Notes: generated by a model from the letters alone, not told the origin. Positions 26,480 to 41,112 are shown, counted from the first letter of the stretch. The stretch: DNA of 64,000 nucleotides from the human T2T-CHM13v2.0 reference genome, Homo sapiens (GCF_009914755.1 NC_060926.1); one strand, 5' to 3'. Made by a program: numbers and translations.

Positions 26480-26818
26480 ATGGCCACGGCAGTGACTGCT
26501 GATTGCCTAACCCCACATGTGTTCTCCCCCTTCCCTGATAATCAAGCCCCTGATTTTCAGCTGGGCACAAAATAATTCTTCCTAGAACAACTCCATGTGT
26601 GTTATCGCCCTTGCAGCTGGGGGTGGCCCCCACTGGGGAGAGGCAGGGTGAAGAGGTGGAAGGAGCCTGAGTTAGCAGGGATGAGCAGTGGCCAGGTAAC
26701 CCCAGACCCACTATCCTCTGGATTTCTTTTATGTGAAACAATAAAATGTCTCGTATTCGAGCCTTTGTTACTGTAGGTTTCTGCTATATGCAACGAACCG
26801 TTAAGTGTAATTGATACA
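26480..26818 (+). mobile_element. Old MLT1 LTR (J/K-like)
   Basis: ggcagtgactgctgattgcc...ccttgcagctgggggtggcc...aataaaa...taattgataca. Confidence 0.6.
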
Positions 26819-27536
26819 GTGGGCCCCATCCTAATCAACTCTGGGTACCACATTGTAAAAATCTGCAGTGTGGCTGTAACCCCACCATAATTTGCGATTT
26901 GGTGAACTTCCTTATTCTCTTAGATCTTTCAGAAATTGACTAGGGAACTAACAGTTTCCCACAAAACTACCCCACATTTTCATAGTAGGAAACTGCAACA
27001 AGGAACTTAACAAGTTCCTTGTTGGCAAGACAGTTATCCCTGAGCCTGCAGGCCGCCTCTCTGGCCACTGAAGTTTCTAGGCAGGCCTGCAAAGCAGTAA
27101 AGGAAAGCAGCATTGATCACTGCGTCCCTCTGTACAATATTTACTTGAAAAATAATTGCAAAATACCTTGATTTTACCCAGGATATTTTTCAGCATGTCC
27201 CAAAGAGGAAATTCATTTCTGATGTAGTTTGTGGATTTTTTGTTTTTATTTTCATATTGTTTTTGTTTTGCTTTCATTTCATGGGCAGTTTCGCCCACTG
27301 ATTACCCAGTGGACATTTGCTCCCACCAGTTTCTGTTTAATGTTTATATTATTAATTGTGAAAAAATATGAATTAACCAAGATAGCAGCTGCTTGTTAGA
27401 GTAACATAAATTTCTTTTATCAGATATTCTTAAAGCTGGGGAAAAGTATTAAAATATGCAAAATATGTAAATTTTAATATAAAGTTTATTTTTGTATGAT
27501 TATAAAAGTTATAAATGCTGCCTGGGGATAACCTAG

Positions 27537-27857
<321 letters not shown>

Positions 27858-28664
27858 AAGTAGAGCATATTAATCCCACCTTCCAAAGCCACACACTATT
27901 AATATTTTCCTATATTTCCTTCTGCTCTCTCTCTGTTTACAGAGTTGTAGTTACACTGTATACATTGCTTAGGACTCTACTTTATTTCACTTAACATGAC
28001 AACATAAGCATTTTTCCACATTATTAAAACTCCCTGGTACCCACAGCTAAGTTCTATTTTTATGGTGAAGCATAGCTGGTTCTCAGTGGGCTCTGCTACC
28101 CAGCCTTAATCACACAAAGACAAGTTATCAGGTTCCCTCTGAAGTCCTGGGCTGCCCCTTGCCTACTGAGCAGGAACCAGAACTAAGGCTGGCATGGAGG
28201 GGAAGGACAGGCCAAATATTGTTTGGCTGCCTGCTCCCTCTCAAGAGCCAGCTTGCAGCCTGTTAAGGGGCCCTGCTGATCCAGAAGTTCTTTCTTGTAG
28301 AAACACACACTGGCTTTGAACCAAGGAAGCAGGCTTACTGCTGCAGCCCCAGGGGGAAAATCCAGACACAGAATAAAAAAGTAAACCATGCCAGTGATTG
28401 TACGGTGAGATAGCAGGACTGCTCATTTTAATTTCCAGAAAAGAGTCGTCCTTAATCACAGACATGACAAAGGCTGCCCAGCAGACTTCACCCCTGCTTT
28501 CCTCATGGTGAGCGCACTGGAGATTTCAAAAAGCCTGTGGACTAGGACCGGGGGGACAGCAGACACAGCCCACTGGGCAGCCCTGGGTGTTGACCCCCAG
28601 AGTGGACTCGGGGCCAGGCTCCTGGTGAGCGATTTGGCTTCCCTGAAGCAAAACATCTTTTCTG

Positions 28665-28778
28665 TAGAAATGCAGTGACAGGGCAGGGGCTTTGCTTATT
28701 TGTTCACTCCTGTGTCTCCAGCATCTACAACATGCCAGGCACATACTGTAGTATTTGGTAGAGTTTATTGAATAATGA
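28665..28778 (+). mobile_element. L2 3' terminal fragment
   Basis: agggcaggggctttg...ttgttcact...tgtctccagcatcta...ggcacata. Confidence 0.6.
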
Positions 28779-29104
28779 CTCTTTTTGCCAACTCCCTTGA
28801 ATGTTGACAATTAGAACCCAGTTTGAGTTCACAACCATTTCCTTGTGAAGGAACAAATGCCTCCAGGGACACATGCACTTAGCAGTCACTCTTTCCAGGT
28901 ATGGCTCAGCCTTCGCAGCTTGCTGCTTCTTCACTGCCCTGCACCCCATGGTAAGGTGGGCATGGCTTCAGCAAAAGAACGGCAGAGGGACGTGGGGAAG
29001 TAGACACTACCCAGAAGAGAAGAGGTGCAAGTGATCATAGATAGATTTCTCAATTTCAAAATGTGGCTCAGCATATTCATCTTCTTCCAATCGTTTTTCC
29101 TTCC

Positions 29105-29628
29105 CTGTTTCTTTCTCTTTTTTTTTTTTTTGAGACAGAGTCTCACTCTGTCACTCAGGCTGGAGTGCAGCAGTGCAATCTCAGCTCACTGCAACCTCTG
29201 ACTCCTGGGTTCAAGCAATTCTCCTGTCCCAGCCTCCCAAGTAGCTGGATTATGTCAACTAGTAGTGTCTGCCAAGGCAGGGGGCCCCAGGCTGGACATG
29301 AGTGCCCTTCCATGGGATCTGGTCTCCAACACTGGCAGAGGGATGGTCTGCATTCTCTATAGGTCATGGGCTGGAGGGACACAGTTGTACACAGAGGAAC
29401 ATAAGCCAGGGGAGGGAGAGAGGAGCAAGGCTGCCCTTGGGCTTTGGCTGGGAAAAAACTGATCACCTCTAGACCCAAGTCTGCAGAACAGCTAATTTTT
29501 GTATTTTTAGTAGAGACAGGGTTTCACCATGTTGGCCAAGCTAGTCTCGAACTCCTGACCTCAGGTGATGCACCCGCCTCAGCCTCCCAAAGTGCTGGGC
29601 TTACAGGCGTGAGCCACCATACCCGGCC
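29105..29628 (-). mobile_element. AluS interrupted by a 228-bp locally templated insertion
   Basis: Alu sequence 29105-29252 and 29489-29628; the intervening 29253-29488 is non-Alu. Confidence 0.95.
29253..29480 (+). repeat. Direct duplicate of 23776-24003
   Basis: 228 bp ungapped, 5 mismatches by manual comparison; near-identical ORF translations at 23788 and 29265. Confidence 0.97.
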
Positions 29629-30059
29629 TCTCCTTCCCTATTACTTAATCTTTTATCTCCTCCTGGTTCCTAGGACCCAGAACTCAGGTTGGTACTCTTA
29701 ATGCCATTTAAAGGTCAGCTGTATTAAGAGTTAAGTATGATAAGCAGTCCTGTGCACAATTTTTATCATTTTATTTCTGGAAAAATGCAATGACAGCTTT
29801 GACTTTAAAAGAATATTTTGGATCACATGTATGCTCTTAAGTTTGGTGCTGCTTGTCTGTAGAATTTTCTGGGCATCTGGACCAGTCAAGAGGAATTCCA
29901 GAGTCTCCTCTACACTGAGAGATAGGAAGGCCAAGCGGTGCATCTATAATGTGAAGGTGTTTTCTCTACAATAAGAGAAAGAGACTATGCCGTGATATAT
30001 ACAGATAGGCATATCTCCCAAAGTTAGGAAACTGTAACCACATCTTAGAATAGAAACTG

Positions 30060-30130
30060 AATCATAATCATCACCATTGTCATCATCAACATCATTGTCA
30101 TCATCACCATCATCTCCATAACCATCATCA
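30060..30130. repeat. (CAT)n-like low complexity
   Basis: atcataatcatcaccattgtcatcatcaacatcattgtcatcatcaccatcatc. Confidence 0.75.
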
Positions 30131-30134
30131 ACGT

Positions 30135-30345
30135 GGTTAATAAGTGTTGGGCTATTACTATGCCCTTGGCACTACGCTAAGCAATATGTATCTTCTCATG
30201 TAATCCTCTGACAGGCAACCACATTATAAATTAGGAAACTGAGGCCCAGAGATGTCCAGCAGCTCACACAAGGGGACACAGAAGTGACAAGATGGGGACC
30301 CACACCTAGACAGTCTTTCTCTGGGACCTGGACTCCTAACCACTC
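30135..30345 (-). mobile_element. MIR SINE
   Basis: tactatgcc...taatcctc...aggaaactgaggcccagaga...cctaaccact. Confidence 0.7.
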
Positions 30346-31546
30346 ATCATTGTAGGGAATGCAGAAGCAAAGCAGATGGGACTCCAGGACTCTGACTTTA
30401 ATGGAAAGTGACTGCATCCTAAGCCCCTGCCAGCAAAGCAGGTGAGACTGGGTCTCTCGGAGTTGCCTGGGTTCTCATCTCTCTTATTCACTGCAGTGGC
30501 CCCAGGCAGTGCCATGCACACTCCAGATAAGCAGAAGGTAGATGTTGAATGGACATATGAATGACCTAGTTCTCAAGTTCATTTCCCACTGGGAACTTCC
30601 TCAAATTGCTTTCAAATATTTAAACCAGGCTTCCTGACCTGTACTTGGGAGGTTGCACTGTGATTTCTGTGCTCCCATTCATAGCCCTGAGACTCTAATG
30701 TTGGCTTACTTGTTTACTTGAGAGTGAGCAGCGTGAGGGTGGGTGTTGAATCTCCCCCACCCAGTCACATGAACTCATAAAAGACAAGGACAACCATTAA
30801 TAGAGCCATCGCTGGCTTGCAGGGCACAAAATCGGCTTGAGGAGCAGGCTTGGTGGTATAAAAGAACAGTACTCAAGCATTCTAATCAGGAGCCAATATT
30901 TCAATGAGGAGAGTGCGAACAAAGACATACAATGGAAAACTTGAGAATAGACACTAAGCTGAATATTAACCCAAGTGAAATGTTAAGTAGAGGATATGTT
31001 AGTGATCTAAGATAGATTTAAAACAATAAATATTTACTATCACAATTTCTGTAGGTCAAGAATCTGCACATGCATTAGCTGAATGTTTATGGCTAACTGG
31101 ATGTTTATGGCTATAACTGAAAGGTGGAAAGGGGCTGGAGGCAGTGGTGCACTTGGGGATAATGGTGCATGTGATTACATTTCCCAGACTCCTGAGCAGC
31201 TGGAGATGGCTGTGGAAATGAGAGTTGAGCTTGTTGAGTGGTACTTCCCAGGATGAACAGGATAGTCAGTGGGCTGGTGCCCTCTTTCTCTTCTCCCCCT
31301 GTTCTTTTCTTGTTCTGCTGCTTGGAATGCAGACATGATGGCAAGAGTTCCAGCAGCTTAGGGCCATAAGCGAAAGGCTACAAGAACCACAGTGCCCTCA
31401 GCCTTTGAGCCAAGGCCAGCAACTGACTGCCTCCAGATTTCTCATTAGAAAAAACAGCAACAACAACAACTCTTCTGTGTTTAAGCCACTTAGGTCGAGC
31501 CTGTTAACAGCAGCAGCTGAACCCACTTCCTAACTGGCTGGCCCTC

Positions 31547-32032
31547 TGTGGTAAGCAGCCTCTCAGATGGCTCCCAATATCCCTACCTCTTGGTACTCAC
31601 ACTCTTGTGGAATCCTTTCACTTGAATCTGGGCTGGATTTACTGACTTGATTCTAACAAAGAATATGGCAGAAGTGATGGAATATCACTTCCAAAATTAA
31701 GTTATAGAAAAGACTATAGCATCTGTCTTAAGAGTTCTCACATTCTTTTACATTCTTCACCCTGGGGAAAGCTAGCTTCTGTGTCATGAGATAACCCTTT
31801 GAAGAGTTCCAGTGTAGTGAGGACCAAGGCCTGCCAATAACCACATAGATACAGACACCACCCCCAACCAGATGAGCCTTCAGATGAGACTGCAGCCCTG
31901 ACTAACACCTTTATTGAAACCTCAAGAGGTCTTGAGCCATAAACATCAAGCTAAGCCATGTCCAGATTCTGGACCTACAGAAATTGTGATAATAAATGTT
32001 TATTGTTTTAAGCCTATTTTAGATAACTAATA
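31547..32032 (+). mobile_element. MLT1F-like LTR
   Basis: tgtggtaagcagcctctcagatggctccc...atatggcagaagtgatgg...gagccttcagatgagactgcagccc...aataaatg...agataactaata. Confidence 0.75.
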
Positions 32033-32309
32033 TATCTTCCAATAATTTACTTGGGTTAATATTCAACTTGGTGTCTATTCTCTAAGCCTTTCATTGCATG
32101 ACTTAGCTTACACTGTAGTTATTGATATATTGGCTCCTGAACAGAAAGTTTGGCATAGAGCCTGACACATAGCAGATGCTCAATAGATGAGTGAATAAAT
32201 GAATGGGTGGATGAGTTAATGCATGACAGAGCCTATGTCCTACTCAGCTGGTCTTCAGCAACTGTATCCTCAATAAGTGTCAAACAAAGCACATAGAAAA
32301 GATGAAGGA

Positions 32310-32722
<413 letters not shown>

Positions 32723-32991
32723 TTAGAAAAGTTTTTAATAGCACTCAACATTTATCTTTGGATGTAAAAGTAAACAAAAGTTCTATTTATTATTGTGCTC
32801 AACTAAACAACACATTAGTGGGATGTGTTAAGGCCAGAAACTACCAGTCAAATAAACAGACTGACATTAAAAGAGAAAACTCACCAAATTCCCTGATAAT
32901 TTATGAACTAGGGCTCATTTCAGAATCAGCAGAAAGGGTGGTGGGAACCCTGACTGCAGCTGTGTGAGAGGCAATGAGGGATCATTCTTTA

Positions 32992-33051
32992 ACTGTCACA
33001 GGCAGACAGGACTCTTATTCTTCACTGTCACAGGCAGACAGGACTCTTATT
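32992..33051. repeat. 32-bp period tandem duplication
   Basis: actgtcacaggcagacaggactcttatt starts at 32992 and again at 33024. Confidence 0.95.
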
Positions 33052-36000
33052 TTAGTCTGTCCAGTTTTTCATTTCATTATTCAAGACATTTAAATGGTCA
33101 CCTGAGGCAAACTATAAAACCCATATTGTGCTTTAATCTAAAGCAGGTCAATTTAAGAGCTTTATGCCGACATGTGATTGTTTGCCAAATTCTAGTTTTA
33201 TGATGGAAGTGATAGGAGAAAAGGATTTTGCAAAACAAAGAGAGATAAAAAGTATGTTGGCTGGAGGGGCTGGCCATACGGAGAAGAAAGAGCAGGCAAG
33301 AAGGAGGGTGCATGGCAGAGCAGGGAGATGGGTGAGAGCTCTGTGCTATAGCCTGATGGGATGGTCTGCCCAAGAGAGCAGGAAGGACACACTAAATATG
33401 CATGGTCAGGATCTGCTGCATTGCCATACAGTGGGGACATGATTCTCTCCAAAGTGACTCACATGACAAAGACAATATTTATTAATCTAGTCTCTAAATC
33501 CAGTTTTAAATTCAGAGAAAAAAATCTGTCTGGCTTTTTATGTGAATTGCTTCAATGTATTAAGTAGATGAATGGTTGTGGCTGAGGTCTTGCAGAGAGC
33601 TCAGAGGAAATTCTACCCCTCAAGAAGCCCAGGAGCTCCATCTGATGTTTATTCTGGCAGCCGTTTGATTCCCTCCACCCACTCAGTGCCTGCCCTCACC
33701 TCCTCCAAGCCTGCGTCCCCCCAGCTCTCTCAAGACAGGTCTTTGTAGGGCTGTAGAACATGGTTCCCATTCTACAAAGCAATGTCACTTGTATTTCTTA
33801 GAAATAATTGTATCCTAAGTAGCAACATCTTGAAAACATAAATGGATTCTACTACTGGTCAGAAAGGAGAAAGGTAGATCACAAAATTACCCAAGGAAGT
33901 AGTTAACATTGAGAAATAATCTCTTAAATTGTCCTTATTGTGGAAGGCCAAATGATTGGGAAAACCAGGCTCACACTGGTAAGGCAAGTGCCAACACCAG
34001 CCACAGGGGCTACTGAGTTCCAGGCAATGAACGGAGTCTTCTTGTGGTACATTTTCCACTCTGTTGTTTGGATCTATCAGTGGAGAGGACCCACCAGCCA
34101 AAAGGACTGTCCCTTTCCTTAGGTCTCTTGGTCCATTTACACAACAATTTCATTCCTGAACCAACAAAAGGAAAAGTTCCCACGCTCCCCACACACCAAG
34201 ATCCTCCCATTGCAGAAGCCCAGTGCCTCCTTCAAAAGACACTCATCAGTTCTCACGGCTCCCCCAGGCCAAGGTGCTGTGCCTGGGAAACGGCCAGTCC
34301 CCACAATCAGAGAGAGGCCATGGAAAGCCCGTGTGAGAACCAGCTAGAAAAAAAAAATGTAGCTAGAAAAAGGAGGCAGAGAACAATCAAGTCACATCCT
34401 CAGTCTTCAAAGAAGAATATCAGACACGGAGCAGGCTCCATGGTTGGCCAAAAACGGAAACTTCATTTCATTTGTCAGAAGTTATGTAGAGTCAGAGAAT
34501 GAGATCTGGCTGGTCCTGGTACCTGATAGGGGAGCATCTTCAGGCTCTAGAAACTTCAGTGTCTGAACATTTTCCAGCTAGATCCATCCCCAGACCTGGA
34601 ATACTTGAGATCAAATGTACTCAACAAAGGGGCCTCTAAAGGTGACATTTCTGGGTGTGTAAGTTGAAATCCAGAGCTATGCAAAAAAACACATGAAAAT
34701 ATGTCTCCTCAAAAGTACTTGGAAATGTAGTAGTCACTGACTTAAGACAAAGTTTCAATCCCATGAAGGGTTTGAAATAATCAAATCCCAATCCTGTTTG
34801 AAAACAAGAGGATAGTGATGGCTGGTGGCTGAAAGAGCCACAGATTACAGGTAGCCCAGCCCATCACTGGTGTCTGCAGGGAAGCTGCCCTCTAGGCAGG
34901 GACTGGGTCACTTTCCTCGAAGGGTAAAGGAACCTCATTTCCACATACAGGCCCCTTTCTGTCCTTCAAGATATCCATTTATTCTCATTTCTTCCTCCTC
35001 ACGCTTCTGTGGCTTAGCACATGATGTAGTCCAGAAGCAGAAATCCTTTTGTGACAACATACTTCCCCCTCCACCAGCAGTTTCTCTAGGGCTGGTTGAG
35101 TTGTGTTCACAGTATGGGTACCTTGGAGGGGGACTGCAAATCCAGAAATGACAGGCCAACTACCGTCACTGTCCACAGGTCTGTGTCCCCCTCTACTCTG
35201 TTGCTGCTGGTTTCCCTGCACTCATGGGACCAGGGCTGGCACGGGCTGACCATCTCTGCCTTCCCAGGATTCACTTTGCAAGGCTCTCTTTGACTCTGTG
35301 AGTAAATCCTACATCTTCCCATATAGTCTCTCTCTCCCTTGTGTGATCTCAAGTTTTCTGAATTTTCTTTTAGCTTGCTACCAAAAATGCCTAACAAATA
35401 CAACATCTGATGCCACCCCCTTTTTGGAGCCTGAACTACTCAACACACCAAATAATAGCATTTTATGTGATTTTTACAACCTCACTGAGCTGCAATGAAT
35501 GAAGAAGTGAAATTTTGTCCATGATCACTGTTAACCCCAGGAACCAACATTGTGATGATGGTTTAAGAACTCAAAGTCTCTCTCACTTGGGGAATATAAA
35601 TTAGTGTTTCTATAGCTAAAAGCCACCTTGAGAATATGAGGATAAGAGCTAATCCATTAGTCTTATGTCAGCAGCTGTACTAGAAGGAGAAAGTACATCA
35701 AATGTGACACAGCTTATAGTGAGGGCATCGATTCTGTATGGTCCTGAGCTAATCACTCCCCTTATCTGGCCCTCTCTCACAGGCAAATGCATCCAGCAGG
35801 ACCACAGTTAGTTATTGCTCACCTAAAACATGTGGGCTACCATAGGGGCGGGGAGGAGGGGAGGTGGATCGCAGAGGACCCGCTGCAATTTCAAAGGCAT
35901 GTGGGATCTGACAGGCAATGCTGCCATGTGCAATAGATCATGGACAGAGGGGCAGTCCTTTCTGCCCAGACCTCTGTCCTTAGCAAGACTACAGTGCACA

Positions 36001-36112
36001 GGCCCAGAGGCAGATCCTGCAGGAGAGGCAGAATTCTGTCCATGACATCTTAACATCTCTCAACGTTTGGGGCTTATTTGACAAGAAGAATCTGGGAAGG
36101 ACACAATTATCC

Positions 36113-36153
36113 TTCCACTAAATTATCTGTGATTCCACTAAAATTATCTGTGA
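36113..36153. repeat. 20/21-bp tandem duplication
   Basis: ttccactaaattatctgtga followed by ttccactaaaattatctgtga. Confidence 0.9.
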
Positions 36154-37939
36154 TGATAAAAGAGGCCCTAGCCATTTGTATGTGGAGGAGAGGGTCTGAT
36201 GGGAAGCCCATGGAGGGTCATTAAAGCCTAGATGAGATGGGGTGAAGAGGAGAATCAGAAATGGAAACCCAGGGAGTGCAGATTTGAAGGGTCCCAGAGC
36301 TGGGTGATGTGTACCTTTGATCTAAGGACCGTGGTCTGACGGACCAATCACTTGGTAAGTAGGGGCATTCATGTTACAATCAAATAAACACGGCTGTGCT
36401 AACTCAAATCCTGAGCCTTAGCCCCAAATCCCTCTAGTGGGTCCTTGCAATGGAAAGCTCAACTTGTTTGCTGTTTAGGTGGGCCAGTATTTCAACACAG
36501 GAGGTTAGAATTAATCTGAGAAATGAGGGAGTCTGTCAAACCCATACAGAGCCACATTAACCCTGGTGAGCCATTGGTGTGTATTTCACTTTTAAAAGGT
36601 TTGTAATATTTTGCAAATGTTGGCAAATCCATTGGATTAGCCTGGTGACTCCAATTTAAAGTGTATAATTGGGTATTCAACTTTAGAATCTGGATATTGG
36701 TCAAAAGGTATAAAATGACTTGTGTAAGCTTTTACATAGGATGAACATGCATTCTATGTTTCATTTATCAGATTTCAAAGAATGCTTTAAGTTCTTGGAG
36801 AGATCTTGTTTGTTACAAGCTTTGGGAGAACTTAAGACCGTCAAATACATTAGATGCATACACGCAGTTTAAAATATTTATGGGGTGTAATTAATAAGTT
36901 GTAAAATTAAATTAGTAGGTAGAATAATGAAATTTATAATTTGAACTCTAAAACTTAAAGAAGCTAGGGTTTTGAATGTTTAAAAAATTCTAACATTTAT
37001 TTTTCAACCCTAATACATTTGACCTGTTTTCTGTGCACTTACTGCTCTCTGGGATTCTACCCTGACTCCCACTGACAACACCCAATAGAGGATTGATTTT
37101 GTAAATAAGATGAGAGAAAAGGCTTGGACAAAATTAAAGAGTAGGGAGTCAACAATGCATTCTAGGCAAGAGTAGTCCAAAAGTAAATTAGATGAGTCCA
37201 GAAAGCAGAATGGGAACCGGAGAGCAGGATTCTGTAGGGAATGTGAAGCTTCCATTGGCTAATGTTTAGCTTGATTGGATTGAACCGGAATGATTTCAGC
37301 TGGGGAGGAGAGGGAGCTAAAGGAGGAACAACAAGGTGGGATTAGACCGCAAGACCCTGACCGTGGGGCTAGAAATTTATTTCTGATTCATGACATTTAG
37401 AGCTAGTGTCCTATAACAAGTGTCTCCCCTGGTGAGAAGCAGGCCATCTCTGAAGGCTGCCAAGGAAAGGAGAGTGGTAAGAAAATGCATCCGCCCTTAA
37501 TATGGAAAATGGACTGGCACTATCGAGGATGCCGGAGGCAAGAGTAAGGGGCTGGCAAGGGAGCAGAAAGGAGGTCATCAGAGACAGGAAAAGCAAAGCA
37601 AAGATGACTCCGAGTTTGCCACCCAGGCACCCGAGTAATCAGATGGATGAAACAGGCACGGGGAGGCAGGAGGAGACACCCTGTGGGGAAAGAGGAGATC
37701 AGTGTCTGGCGCGTGTACTTTCAGGGCCTACGAGACCCTGGAGGGAAGCTGGCCCATAGGTAAGAGCACAAGAAGGGGTGTACAGAGCAGGTAAGCTGGG
37801 GTTACAGATCCAGGTCTGGGATTTGGAACAGAAAAATGTGTGCAAAGTGATCAGAGCAGGGAGGAGCAGGCTGGGGAAGAATCTTTCCAAAGGAGGTGAA
37901 GAAGGAAGGCACGGACTCCAGGAAAATCACCTCCCACCC

Positions 37940-38130
37940 ACCACTTACTAAACACACAGGAGAGGTCCCCATTCTCTGTATCTCCAGCCCACACAGCAAC
38001 TCTGCAAAGTGGATGATTTTGCCCCATTTTACAGATGAGGCAACTGAGCCCTAAGAAGCTACAATTTTCACCCAAGTTCAAATGCTATCAGGTGGCAGAG
38101 AAGGGTGAACACCCAGGTCTGTGGGACTCT
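37940..38130 (-). mobile_element. MIR SINE
   Basis: ccccattttacagatgaggcaactgagccc...cccaagttca...ggtggcagag. Confidence 0.7.
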
Positions 38131-40529
38131 CCACTGGTTCCTCCTTCTAGGGCCCCGTGTCTCCAGGCCAAAGGCCAAGTACTTTCCAGCCTTTAAATGC
38201 GACATTTGCACTCACAACAGATGAGATGGGAGATGGGTTTTGGTTACTGGATTCCTTTTAATTTCATAAGAACTTGGTACATCTGTGTTTCAGGAAAAAA
38301 AACAAACTATTTTCAGGTTCCAGTAAAGTTATGAAATCCAGGGAAGTGTAAACAGTGCAAAGCTGGCTTAAGCCCTGGGTCAGTTCTACAAAGGCTCCTC
38401 TGGAACCCAGAGATGCCAGAGAAACCAGAACCAGACCCAGTTTAACACAGACGATGAGTACACAGGCTGCAGCCGCATGACAGACATGGCCCCACGGCCC
38501 CACAGCCCCCAGACTCCTCTCTTTAGATAATAGGCCACAAAGCTGCCTCTGTGCAGTTAACTTCTTGCTTACTGGCTTGCTTTTTAAAAAAAACTAAAAT
38601 CAATACCATAGTGATTAAAAAAAAAAGTAGTCTTCACAAAGCACGGGGAGTCCCTGAGATCTTTCTTTCTCCTCTCACATCTGCCAGAATGCAAATAAAT
38701 TTCCCTAGGGTCTCAGATTCACTCTCCAAAAACTAAAGGTACCACCAGTCACTCAAACTTCCATGTAAGAGTTCAGACATCTTAGAGGAAATATGCTTTT
38801 AGAACCCATGCATAAGGTGGAAATGACATCTGTCAACCAAAATGTAGTGCCTCCTCTTCATGCTGTGGCGTTGTGGCCAAAAACTACACGGCCCAGCCCC
38901 CCTGCAGCCCGACATGGCCCTAGGTCCAGTTCTCACCAGTGGGAGGAGAGGGGAAGCGTCACGGGTCTCACTCAGGCCACTCTCCCTGTCTGCTGGCTGA
39001 ATGCCAAGGCCGCCGGGACCTCCGAGGTCTCAGGGAATGGTGGAGGGCGTGAGATGGAAGGAACCAGGGTCTCCGAATCACAAGGGAAAGGAGAGAGCCT
39101 GCCAACCAGGACTGTTCCACGAGCACGTAAGGCACTGGTGTGCTAGGGTTCATCTGTATAGCTTCTGGCATTACCCTATCTAATGTATCTGTGTGTACAG
39201 AAATGTATTTATTCCTGTATGTGGTGTGTGCATTGTTTTAAGAAACCCTGAGATCCAAATGTAGGTTTTTATTAAATTAAATACATTTGCAGCACAGGAG
39301 GGTTCCTCATTGTACAAATTATTCACTGCAGGATTCCTTTACAAAAATAGCTCCTCATCCCGTGCAATAAAAAATATTATTCTGCTTACAAAAAGTTGCT
39401 TTCCATATAGCTTGAGAACACACTGCCCGCATCATGAATGTGGACATGGATCCACACAGGAGACGGGGGGCTCTGGTTCACCCTGGAGTCCTGGAAGACC
39501 CCTTCCCCCCTGCCTCCAAACGGATGAGGTTGGGACAGATTTTCTCCTCTGATCTGAAACGTCGCTGGGATCTCTGTCAGGCTTTTTCTTAGTGCGCTCT
39601 ACAGACCCTGCTTTCCACAGGCAAGCCATAAAAACAGCAAAGCAGGGATGTGCGTTGTAATAGATTCACTTTTTGTTGGTGAACAGTGACGTCGAGGTTT
39701 CTAGGTTGTTCCTTCCAGAACAAGAGACTCAGGACCCAGTGAAGAGTGTTTGGGTACAGGCTTCTGTCAGCATGGGGCAGTGATCCGGGATGCAGGCTGT
39801 GTGCATAGCTGGAGATGGGGCAGGTTGGGGGGCTTCTGGAGGGGAGAAGGGAGGAAAGAGAAAGGGTCTCAGAATGACACTTGAGTTGATTTCACACTGA
39901 GCTGACAAAAAGCAGATGTAAGAAAACACAAGAGAATCAAGCTAGAAATAGGATACATCCAAGAAGGAAAACAGATCCTAAAAACAACCTGACCTTTCAG
40001 TGCATTCATCATTTATGTAAAAAGTCAAAGTGTCGTGATATGATTTTAAATCTATTTTATCTAGACTTTTGGAGGGGAATGGTTATTTGGTCAAATAAAA
40101 AGTGGTTGCAAGTGTAGGCAGCCACTGGAATTGAAGGCAGTGTTGTAGCTCAGTTCCAAATCTTCTGTGAAAATGTCCTGTTAGGGCCTGAGCACGGCCG
40201 GGCAGGACGGCAGCCTGGGTCTCAGTCCCACATGTGGCCAGATCCTGCCAGCTTCCCATGTTCCTCTAGCTACCAAAATCCATTTTGTCTGTAATTCTCC
40301 TTCTCTCCAGAGAAGGTGTTGATAAATGAAGTGGTAAGGAATGCAACTAACCAAGGAAACCCAAACTATAGACATGATGCCAAACAAACATTGGAAATCC
40401 AAACAAGTGTTTAAATACTAAACCCCTTACCATGTTTAATTAAAATCTCCCAAACTAGGATCTAAAGGACCTTAGAAACATACTCTAAAGAGAGTAGAAG
40501 AGAGGATCATCCACGTTTGTGGGCTAGAG

Positions 40530-40705
40530 CAGCATTTCTCAGCTTCTCAAACACCTGCGGGCATTCAACTCCCCCAGGATCTCAGCAAAATGCAGATTCT
40601 AATTCAGTAGGTCTGGGTTGGGGCCTAGGATTCTGCATTCCTAACAAGATTCCTGGGGATGACATTGCTGCTGGCTCCTCTAGTTCCAAGATTACATTGC
40701 TCTAG
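40530..40705. mobile_element. MER5A-like hAT-Charlie element
   Basis: aaaatgcagattctaattcagtaggtctgggttggggcctaggattctgcattcctaacaag. Confidence 0.8.
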
Positions 40706-40866
40706 TTAAGTTGCTCCTGTAGCAAGGGTTGAGAGCAATTTAATCTAAGGACTAAAGGAGCTGCACATATTAGAGACACAGCTTCTGATCTGAGGCTTGG
40801 GATATGCAGAAAAATGGTGGCATTAATGGAAGTCTGCTCAGATCCATGCGATTTTCAAGATGTAAG

Positions 40867-40888
40867 CACACACACACACACACACACA
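40867..40888. repeat. (CA)n microsatellite
   Basis: cacacacacacacacacacaca. Confidence 0.9.
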
Positions 40889-41112
40889 AATATGTGCGAG
40901 CTTACACACATGAAGGTATCTATTTAAAACCCATGCTACAGATTTTTATCCATACCCTACATCACATGGGTAATAGATTCAATCTGGAAGCTTGAACATT
41001 CATCCTGGAAGTTTCTTTTTGAGTCTCAGTCACAAGGGTAACTTTTAAAAGCAAATTTCTAAAATACAGTCTGATATACAGGCATTTACACCTGACTCCT
41101 GACTCGTGACTC

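Noticed and set aside
34044-34502. 152-aa ORF (and 150-aa ORF at 52899-53351)
   Set aside because: Non-ATG starts, no family similarity, lengths compatible with chance in 64 kb.
32992-36153. Short direct repeats as a CRISPR-like array
   Set aside because: Only two adjacent copies each, no spacers, no cas genes; mammalian DNA.
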